Source: Haliotis rufescens (Eukaryota). Taken from it: a DNA stretch of 64,000 nucleotides. Numbering within the stretch: the first letter of the stretch is position 1; each line of letters opens with the position of its first letter. The notes beneath the pieces were generated by a model. That model was not told where the DNA came from, did not search any database, and saw only the letters and a program-made list of their open reading frames with translations. The DNA lies in contig NW_025963780.1 in NCBI RefSeq assembly GCF_023055435.1, positions 10,416,001 to 10,480,000 on the forward strand, read 5' to 3'. Both the position numbers and the translations under genes were made by a program. This document shows, piece by piece, positions 40,701 to 52,700 of this stretch.

Positions 40701-43700
40701 TATACACAGGTACTCTGGAAGGCTCCGTTTGAGCCCCTACATTCATCATCATTTTATGACCTTACTAAGAAAATGGTTTTCCTCTTGGCACTGGCTACAA
40801 CGGTGTGGGTCAGCAAACTCAATGCCTTAGAAGTCACTCAGGTCTGTTTTGAGCATGACGCTCTTGGAGCTGTTCACTTTGAACTGCGGTGGAATTTCAT
40901 TGCCAAGAATCAACTCCCAGGACAGTTTTTCAATTAATCAATTATTCTTCAGGCGGCCGCCAGTTTAGACCCTCCCAAGGCCAACAACACACCTGAAATT
41001 AGAGCGGTTGCGTCGACTATGGCTCTTCATAGCAACTGCTCCCTCAAGTCTATTATAGAAGGGTGTTTCTGGCGTTCCAATACCATTTTCATCAGTCATT
41101 ATTTCAGGCTGTGGCATTGGAGGATGTCGCTGGTGTTCATAGTTTCAGTCCGATGGTTTCAGTGCCCTCCTATCGCAGTGCTACCTCCTCATGAGGTCTT
41201 CAGATGTTATGTTCCAAAGCAGTAATGTGCTTTTATATGACGTCACCTCATATGTGAGTTAGGAGTCAAAGTGGTGTTTGAATGACAAGCTCGGAGTGCC
41301 AATTGACCAGGGCCGAGCGACACTTCAGCAACAGTCCTGTACACTGACCTGATGGCGTGCCATATGTGCTAGTCTCATCTGACATGTCCGACTCCTCAGT
41401 GCTGTCTTCCGTGTTGTCGGAGTCGTCTGTCACCTCGTCATGCTCCGCGCTGCCGTGATCAACCTCACCTGCTGTCTCTGTCTCAGTTACCTCCCCTGCA
41501 ACAAGCCGGTGGAATACAACACTACTTCCTGCAATATTGATAAGTTATAAACATGAAAAACAACAACATACAAATATAGCAGTAAATTGCTGTGGCAAGT
41601 ATCCCTGTATGTCACAAACTGTACAGTTACACTGACATTAGGACTTACTTGGTTCACTTTTTCTGCCTCCAGCCAACATTTAGAAAACAAGAAAATCACT
41701 GTGGAGTTGTGGACTGCACATTGTATGCTACAAGGTTGTATTTGCTGGGGGGAATGAAGTCCATTAAACACAGTGATGTACGATACGCAAGACAATATGA
41801 TACTGAGATGTTTTCTCCAATATGGCATATTCATAAATATTACAGATCTATTAGATGTGTTTAAACATATTTATCTTACCACCATCTGTGTGTGTTTGTG
41901 TTGTCTCGAGTTCAGTTGTCACATCCATGGATGTGTCACGCGCAGAGGAGTTTGTCTGGCTGGTAGAGTCCGTCTGGGGGGACTCGGACGACTGGCCTTG
42001 ACCTTGGTATCCTCGTGATGGTGACTCGGAGGATGACTGCTGCTGCACCTGACTGCCTAGGCTCATGCTGGTCATTGATATCCCATCTTCCCCAGTGTTG
42101 TCCACACCCATCATCACCTTATCTCCAGACTCATCGTCATAGGGGTCAAGGTCATCATCAATGTCAGAAGGCGTTCCAGGTGGAGGTGTGCAGTGAGGAC
42201 CTCTTTTTGTCGGAGTAGATCGCCCCTGGAGTGGTGAATACTACCGCTATTACTACTACTGGAGTAGATCGCCCCTGGTGTGATGAATACTACCACTATT
42301 ACTACTACTTGAGTAGATCGCCCCTGGAGTGGTGAATACTACCACTATTATTACTACTGGAGTAGATCGCTACTGGAGTGGTGAATACTACCACTATTAC
42401 TACTACTGGAGTAGATCGCTACTGGAGTGGTGAATACTACCGCTATTACTACTACTGGAGTAGATCGCCCCCAGAGTGGTGAATACTACCACTATTATTA
42501 CTACTGGAGTAGATCGCTACTGGAGTGGTGAATACTACTGCTATTACTACTACTGGAGTAGATCACTACTGGAGTGGTGAATACTACCACTATTACTACT
42601 ACTGGTAATGATAGAGATAACTGACAGATTTTGTCTACTTGTTTCTGACACTTGCATGTGGAATTTGACATTTTGAAATCAACAAAACAAAAATTAAAAA
42701 TGTTCCATACACATATACAGACTTGTTACATTTATAGAGTGTTTAAGAATATAAGGAAGTGAATGTTGTTTTGGGCCACAGTCAGCAATATTCCAGCTTT
42801 AACATGGCTACCTTTATATAACCAGGCTTCAAAGTTGCGACTAAAACGGTAGCCAATGCGACCTAAATTTCAGTTTGTCTACTGTCTAAAATTCAGAGGT
42901 AGAAAAATATCTTGACTAAATTCTATTGCTACACATCTGTAGACACAAAAATAAATAACAGCTGATATTGGAAAATATGTTTGCTAATAATTGTACTCGC
43001 AAATAATTCCTTCTAAAGTCGACAATGAACCAAAATACATAAATATTAATGTAATTAGTACTTTATTTTAGTTGACAATGCTCATTGGATGAGCAAGGAT
43101 ATACCTATATAATCTAGTAACATAAACTGCATCATTGTTCGAGTCACAAATAACAAAAATCAAGTAGTTTCCACTGATATACAATTTCATGACTATTGCT
43201 GTAACTTGTACATATTATGATAGTTAGTTGATAAAGATAATTTCAAATGCTTTTGGCTACCTACAATATAGGCTTGACTTTTTTATTTTACCACTGGCTA
43301 ACTGGAAAAAAATACTTGTAGCCATATGGCTACTTGGTAAAAATTTAAACTTTGAGGCCTGATAACTTAGTGAAGACCAGGCTCGTAACAGGAAACATGA
43401 GCAGTGATCCACAGCATTGTGATGACACGCAATCAGTCCAAGCACAGAGCCGGACATCTCACGGCAAGCCACTCGTGCTGGAAGGCTGTTCAACAGTCAT
43501 GATATTCTGGCACTCACAAACTGAGACTGGGTTTCCTCTGTGATGGCTGCCATCTCAGTGGCAGGGCTGTCCCGGGGGCTACAGAAGTGCTTCACCACCG
43601 CCTCCTCCAGGGTCCTGGAGAACCACAGCTGGTCTGGCACACACATAACATGGGATTACTCAACAAGGTTGGGTAAAGGAAAAGGGACAAAAGTTAACAT

Positions 43701-46700
43701 CAAACATGTGCACTCCTCAATTTAATAAAGGGAGCGTACGTTACAAAACTGTTTACATCTCTACTGCCACACAATTTTAGGATCGGCAACATAACAGATG
43801 TCAATATGATTCTCATACACATCACAACCACCTACCCTCTGATGATATAAGTCTGTCAGAAAATGTGCGACAACATTCATGACACCAGAGCTGTGTGATG
43901 ACCTTCATCATGGGGGCAGCGGGGGTGAGTGTGGCAATCTGTTCCCCCCGTCCACCACCGGCCAGGCTGCTTTGGCTGACAGTGTACGACTGGCTGGAAT
44001 CAAATGATGTCTGCCGACCTGCAGCAGTCTTCGACTCTGAAATCATCATGTTTCAGTATCAGACGAGTTTCAACATTTGAGAGATAAACTGAGACCACCT
44101 AAAACTGAGCTGTGTATCAGAAGGAACACGAACAAGATGAGGATGTTGGCGATTGTTGGGTTGCAACTTCATTGTAAGCATTAGTACAAACAGCAGAGGA
44201 CATAGGACACATAACACACTAGTTTGTCAGGGTTAGCATAAAACATTTTTTTTTTCACATCCTCATCTCTTAGTGACAGTTAACCTACTACAGTGTTGCA
44301 CACTATGTTCACTTGTTCATGGTTAACATCCTACATTGTTACACACTATGTTCTCTGTTTCATGGTTAACATCCTACATTGTTACACACTATGTTCTCTG
44401 TTTCATGGTTAACTTCCTACATTATTACACACTATGTTCTCTGTTTCATGGTTAACATCCTACATTGTTACACATTATGTTCTCTGGGTCATTGTTAACA
44501 TCCTACATTGTTACACACTATGTTCTCTGTTTCATGGTTAACATCCTACATTGTTACACACTATGTTCTCTGGGCCATTGATTACATGCTACATTGTTAC
44601 ACACTATGTTCTCTGGGCCATGGTTAACATCCTACATTGTTACACACCATGTTCCCTATTACATGGTTAACATGCTCCATTGTTACACACTATGTTCTCT
44701 GGGTCATGGTTAACATCCTACATAGTTACACATTATGTTCTCTGGGCCATTGTTAACATGCTACATTGTTACACACTATGTTCTCTGTTTCATGGTTAAC
44801 ATCCTACATTCTTACACACTATGTTCTTTGTTTCATGGTTAACATCCTACATTGTTACACACTATGTTCTCTGTTTCATGGTTAACATCCTACATTGTTA
44901 CACACTATGTTCTCTGGGTCATGGTTAACATCCTACATTGTTACACATTATGTTCTCTTGGTCATGGTTAACATCCTACATTGTTACACACTATGTTCTC
45001 TGGGTCATGGTTAACATCCTACATTGTTACACACTATGTTCTCTGTTTCACGGTTAACATCCTACATTGTTACACACCATGTTCTCTGTTTCATGGTTAA
45101 CATGCTCCATTGTTACACACTTTGTTCTCTGGGTCATGGTTAACATCCTACATTGTTACACACTAAGTTCTCTGTTTCATGGTTAACATGCTACATTGTT
45201 ACACACTATGTTCTCTGTTTCATGGTTAACATCCTACATTGTTACACACTATGTTCTCTGGGTCATTGTTAACATGCTACATTGTTACACACTATGTTCC
45301 CTATTACATGGTTAACATCCTACATTGTTACACATTATGTTCTCTGGGTCATTGTTAACATCCTACATTGTTACACACTATGTTCTCTGTTTCATGGTTA
45401 ACATCCTACATTGTTACACACTATGTTCTCTGTTTCATTGTTAACATGCTACATTGTTACACACTATGTTCCCTATTACATGGTTAACATCCTACATTGT
45501 ATACACTATGTTCTCTTGGTCATTGTTAACATGCTACATCGTTACACACTACGTATTCTGGGTCATGGTTAACATGCAATATTTTGAAACCTACTGCTTT
45601 CTTCCTTGTCCTTCTTCTTGGTGCGAAGTTTCCTGATCCGTGACCTGGGTGACATAAGCAGGATGCCCTGCACGACACGCGAAATGTCGTGAAGAGAGAA
45701 GACGTAGTGGGCATGTGCAGGAGTCGGTCGAAGCTTGTCTCGGACTGATTGATACAGCTCCACCAGACCAACAATCATTGCCTGGGGAAAGTCAAATAAT
45801 CTTACAGCAGAAGAAGAAGAAGGATTCAGTCAGCAATATTAAGCCATCACACATCATCCTCTAACTAATCTGTGCCAGTCAAACTAGTGGTTCATAACAT
45901 GCTCAAGGACCCACCCTGTCAGCCAAAGTACAGACACCATCAACCCCATTTTAGTCAGCTCTAGCATTGAGTCCCCACAACATCACTAACCCACTGAGTG
46001 ATACATCTGACCTACCTGTCCGAACTCATAGTGGTGCTCCACAGTATAGGTCGGGAACTCCTCTAGCCAGGGCTGTAACTGCCGAGAGTAGATCGTAACT
46101 AGGTTCTCCATCGATGGACAAAACACGCACAGGTTGATGAACAGTCGCGTCAATCGAGATGACATCACATGACATGCATGTCCCAGACCTGTACCTGAGG
46201 TTTAACACAGACAGATGGTCAAACATGTACGTATACAGGAAGTATGTCTCATGAGTCTGTACTGGCAGTGGAGAACAGAAACCAAAAGCTAACTGGGAAC
46301 TTCTGGAATGTGCACATGTACAGTGTAACCGCAAGTGAATCACATTCGTGAGGACAGTCAAAAATATACCAACACTTAAGACTAGACAAGAGGAGTGCCT
46401 TGACCTCGAGTTGAAATCTGCCTTGACCATATAATCATCTTCAAAAGATTGACTTTCCTCTTTCACTGTATCTTCCATGCATTTTCATTAAAAGTAGGCA
46501 CATGTATAACGAATCCGTCTTAACTTGATGATAAAGCTAACACACCATGTAAGAAAGGTTCTCTGCAAAGACCAAAAGATATTTGTGTGTGAAAGAGTGT
46601 AATTGTATCATAGTTATGCACAAAAGCTGAAATAAGCAAATAAATATAAGCCAAGAGATATTATATCTGATGTACACTCAAAAAGTCCAGAGAATACTTG

Positions 46701-49700
46701 TGTTAATGCTATACTTTAGGTTTATGGATCTGCATAAGCTACTTAAAAAAAGTGACAAGAACTAATTCTGAAAAGATATATTTTCTTATTCTGCCAAATA
46801 TGTGTAGACCAAGTAAACATAAATGACGACTTTACAAACAATTAATTAAACACATGGCAATATTATTAGTTATGGTGTCTTTAGTTGCCATATATGGTGT
46901 CATATAAGCAGAAAGATATAGGGCGAGGCATATGCAAAAAAGTTTACACTATTTGGTATCTTTGTCAGACATGTTATGTCAAAATGAAAACTTGACACTT
47001 ACAACCGGTATAAACGACAGGACCAGTATATATGTACCCCATATACAACACTTTATCAGAAAAATAAACGTCATCAAGGGAATATATAATGCACTAAATG
47101 TGAATGTTTAAAAGTATTATATCCAAAATGGATAGAATTATCATAAAAATGCCCGCATGTTAACAGAAATCTGCGGGTCACTGTTACTTGACAGCAGTCC
47201 ACTTCCCCTAACGAGAGGCTGCTGTCTATTCTATTGCTATGTGACGTCATTTACGTTTCTTGTTTGTGACATCATCCTATATCATGTTCTATGACGTTGC
47301 TATTTGTAACTCCATGACCTCCATTGAAAGCTTTTTTTCTCTATAATTTTTATCAATAAAGTCATGAACTAGGTTTCTTTCATAAATAATGTCTTTGCTC
47401 ATCACGATTAATGATATTAAAACACAAAGCTGTCAAATAACAAATTTCTGTACCAGAATTTCTATGTGAAATTTGTGAGGTGGGAGTTGGAAAATCCAAA
47501 ATGGCTGTTATTGACAGTATACGGTCTCATATTAGGTCAGTAACAACCATCTTGGATTTTTACTGATGTATACGGGCTCATGTGGTGTTAGTAGTTCTGC
47601 TCTCTGATTGGTCAATCTCACTTTGAGACATAATAAATTCAGATACATTTTTGAATAACAGAAAAAAGATCTGAAATGACTTTCTATTCTTTGACACACA
47701 AATCTGTAAACCAAGAAATAAGTCTATGAAAGCAGAAGCAACAGAAGCTATATTTTTGTTAGGCCTTACCGGGAGATGAGGGTGTGGTGCAGGCTGCCAC
47801 GAATGTCGCCTCCTCCATGCCCTGGAAGCGCTGTCTCTGTCTGTCGTACACACCGCCAGTTGTCAGGATCTGTCGCAGCACCTCAAGTGGGGGCTGGTAG
47901 GCTGTTCACAACAACAGTTACCATGGTGACAAGAATAGCGGTCAAATGGGAGCATGTTATCTTGTGTAATAAATAATGTTTAAGTTAACTAGCAACCTGA
48001 GTCTATTGTATGTAACAGATGTCAAAAGGAACAGTGCAAAATATATAGTATTGGTGACGTAGGTATGTAGAGTCATTCACAACAGTATGAAAAATCAAAT
48101 CAATGATAGGCATGGCAAGAGCGAGACTTTTTCCCACAAACATCCATTCCAATAACCACCATTCATTCCCGTACCCTTCATTCACGAAGAACAGGTAATC
48201 CTTACTGGTAAGAATTGAACTGATAAGCTGGGTGATGCTCTACTTAGAGTGGAGAAGGGCTACAATATTGTGACAACACAATGAACCTACAGCCTATCCT
48301 CTGTGCCATGTTGAGAAGGGCTACAATATTGTGACAACACAATGAACCTACAGCCTATCCTCTGTGCCATGTTAAGAAGGGCTACAATATTGTGACAACA
48401 CAATGAACCTACAGCCTATCCTCTGTGCCATGTTAAGAAGGGCTACAATATTGTGACAACACAATGAACCTACAGCCTATCCTCTGTGCCATGTTGAGAA
48501 GGGCTACAATATTTTTCTGTAACACAATGAACCTACAGCCTATCCTCTGTGGCATGTTGGGAAGGGCTACAATATTGTGACAACACAATGAACCTACAGC
48601 CTATCCTCTGTGCCATGTTGAGAAGGGCTACAATATTGTGACAACACAATGAACCTACAGCCTATCCTCTGTGGCATGTTCAGAAGGGCTACAATATTGT
48701 GACAACACAATGAACCTACAGCCTATCCTCTGTGGCATGTTGAGAAGGGCTACAATATTGTGACAACACAATGAACCTACAGCCTATCCTCTGTGCCATG
48801 TTGAGAAGGGCTACAATATTGTGACAACACAATGAACCTACAGCCTATCCTCTGTGGCATGTTCAGAAGGGCTACAATATTGTGACAACACAATGAACCT
48901 ACAGCCTATCCTCTGTGCCATGTTAAGAAGGGCTACAATATTGTGACAACACAATGAACCTACAGCCTATCCTCTGTGGCATGTTCAGAAGGGCTACAAT
49001 ATTGTGACAACACAATGAACCTACAGCCTATCCTCTGTGGCATGTTCAGAAGGGCTACAATATTGTGACAACACAATGAACCTACAGCCTATCCTCTGTG
49101 CCATGTTGAGAAGGGCTACAATATTGTGACAACACAATGAACCTACAGCCTATCCTCTGTGCCATGTTGAGAAGGGCTACAATATTGTGACAACACAATG
49201 AACCTACAGCCTATCCTCTGCGCCATGTTGAGAAGGGCTACAATATTGTGACAACACAATGAACCTACAGGCTATCCTCTGTGCCATGTTAAGAAGGGCT
49301 ACAATATTGTGACAACACAATGAACCTACAGCCTATCCTCTGCGCCATGTTCAGAAGGGCTACAATATTGTGACAACACAATGAACCTACAGCCTATCCT
49401 CTGTGCCATGTTCAGAAGGGCTACAATATTGTGACAACGCAATGAACCTACAGCCTATCCTCTGTGCCATGTTGAGAAGGGCTACAATATTGTGACAACA
49501 CAATGAACCTACAGCCTATCCTCTGTGCCATGTTAAGAAGGGCTACAATATTGTGACAACACAATGAACCTACAGCCTATCCTCTGCGCCATGTTGAGAA
49601 GGGCTACAATATTGTGACAACAAAATGAACCTACAGCCTATCCTCTGTGCCATGTTGAGGTCATCTACAAAGAAGAGATGCCTCTGCCTGTCCGCGGCCT

Positions 49701-52700
49701 GCAGTGACCCAGGTGCCCCCACAACATCCATGGCCTTGTTCTTCAGCTGCACGATGTGGTCCACCATCATGTCCTGGAAGATGGCAGACGTCATCCCACG
49801 CGACATCATGGCCGTCGTTGACGTCTGCTTCGGCAGAACCAGGTGCTGCAAAAATTATTAATACTTGTGATTCGCAAGAAGATCCACAAAAGTGTAGAAA
49901 CCCTTATGTATCGGCATATATAATAATTGCTACATCAGTGCACTGTTAAACTCGTCTGCCAGTCATTGTATGGTTTCTTCATTCAGTCTTCCCAACAATA
50001 GGGTCCACAATGAGAAACAAACACAGGTTTCAACATTTATATGGCAAATCTAATCTGCAAACCAAGTAATCAGAAAAAGAGGTCTTAATTTCCACCAACA
50101 ACGAGTCCAAAATGAGCTGTAGAGTAGTCATCTCACACTCACTGAGCCTGTCCAACACAGGAGACAGGTGCAGACAATCTGTGTAACTGACTTCACTCCA
50201 TACCTTGATGAGTGCTGTCTTGCCCACTCCGGCAGCACCAGTCAGCAGGACGGGGAGGTGGGCCGACACGAACAGCTCCAGGAGGTAGTTGTAGCGATCC
50301 ACCTAACACAGACAGCTTTATGACACTCACAACTATGATCAGAGGCAAGGAATTACATATTAGAAGTATTAACTATTGACATTTTGTAATCAATGTATTC
50401 CGCAATTGTGCCATCGGGCACATCAGATTCACTTAGTGTGCATATATGTAAGTGCACATCAGATTTACCTAGTGTGCATATGTAAGTGCACATCAGATTT
50501 ACCTAGTGTGCATATGTGAGTGCACGTCAGATTTACCTAGTGTGCATATGTAAGTGCACATCAGATTCACTTAGTGTGCATATGTAAGTGCACATCAGAT
50601 TTACCTAGTGTGCATATGTAAGTGCACGTCAGATTTACCTAGTGTGCATATGTAAGTGCACATGAATGTCCACATCAGATTCACTTAGTGTGCATATATG
50701 TAAGTGCACATCAGATTTACCTAGTGTGCATATGTAAGTGCACATCAGATTTACCTAGTGTGCATATGTAAGTGCACATCAGATTTACCTAGTGTGCATA
50801 TGTAAGTGCACATCAGATTCACTTAGTGTGCATATGTATGTGCACATCAGATTCACTTAGTGTGGATATATGTAAGTGCACATCAGATTCACTCAATACA
50901 ACCAGTGCAGATTATGAGTTTCATTAATCATTGACACATGACTAGACACATTACAGCAAGTTTTCAACAGCCGTTACAAATACAGTTGAGTTACATTCCT
51001 TGATACAAGCAGGATGTGCTATGGACCAAAGTGTCCAGACCTCCGTCTGCACCAAGTTGCAATGTCTTCAACAAATAAAGCAGTGGAGGGTTCACTGTAA
51101 TATTCAACCATAGACAGATTATTACTGTCCAGCCTTGTGAGGCTTTACTACCATTTGTTTGTCTTATCTGAGGTAAATAAAAACACTATCACATGTCCCA
51201 CTGTTGACAAAGTACAAATATTTCTTCAGAGGTACTGACCTCTGGTGTGAAGACGAACCCTCCCAGGCTCCGAACCTTCTCCTGCTGTCTCTGCCCCCAG
51301 CGTGTAAAGGTCCCACTTGTCTCGTCCAGACAGTAGTCAAACACCTGACCCCACACAGGCAATCGGATTGGGTGGGAAGCTCGGTAAAGCACATCATGGG
51401 CAAACTTGCTGAATCGTTCTCGGAATCTAAACAGGACAAGAGAGGGAACATAACCTCCTTAGTATTCCCTTTAATGCACCTGACTACAACACATGTATTC
51501 AATGCCCATGATTCAGACAGAAAGAGCTACTAGACCTACCTATCATGCAGAGATCCCCCAAAAGACCAGATGTAGGCAAAGGCGAACATGCCCTTGACGA
51601 TGGTGGTGTAGCCAGGGATGAGGACCTCGATGTGGGAGCTGGTGGTCATCCGACTTGCCATCTGCCGGGATGGAGCGCCACCTAGTGAGCTCTTGCTGCC
51701 GCCCTGTTGCTCTGCATATACGCACCCAAAATGTATAATACTGAACAGGTACAAGAGTCTGTCACGGTGTAGCACTGTAACAATCTCTGATTAATGACCA
51801 ACAATTTAGGTCTGCCAATTGGAAGAGAATAATTATGACCATATTTGGAATATGATGTGAGTAGAACATGTACATAATAGGTGTCATAAGAATATTGTTT
51901 CTAAACGGTACCCGGCTATATTACAGTGTAGATTTAAGACAGAGACTATTGGAAGTCAATGTCTAGGTATGGAAGTTGTGATAGTACTAGAGCTCTGGTG
52001 CCGTTGTACAAAGCAATCTTTGCGCAAAAGGGATCGTAACTCTCTTACCTTCACATAGACTTACGACATATGTAGCGCTAAGATTGTTTTGTACAACAAC
52101 ACCCATATCACTGAGGGAGTGAGCTTGAAGAGTGAGACCTAGCAGTGATGCCGCACATACCATCCTCTTCCTTTAGTTCTGCCTGGACGCGGCGGTCCAG
52201 CTCTTCTCGGAGGAACATCTTGTCAAACAGCGCTTTCAGCATGTTGAGGAACATGGTGACTTCCTGGACACCGGGCACCACCTGATTGGCTCGCACCTTC
52301 TCCACCCCGACGTCAGTAAGCAGGGCAGGACAGCACTCACTGGCCAGGAACTTCACAGTGGGTGGGAACACATCCTTCACAAGGTCATCAAGGATTTTCA
52401 TGCTGTAGAGAAGAAGCAATAATTTGTAACATGACAGCTAAATAAACATTTACAGAACAGGGTCTATTCATTAAACGTGAGAAAAATGTGTACAAATCAA
52501 ATAAATTGTTTATACTGGCTGAGTCACTATCTTGATATTTTTGTTTATTGATTCAAGAGCATGGAGCCAAAAGCCACTTTCAGAAAATATATTGTCGGAT
52601 CATATGTTTTGTGACTTCATACATTTTCGAATGGCCATGTTTATCGTGAGTACTCCCACTATAACGAGGGGGGAGGAACACAGGCATTGTAAATACTCAC

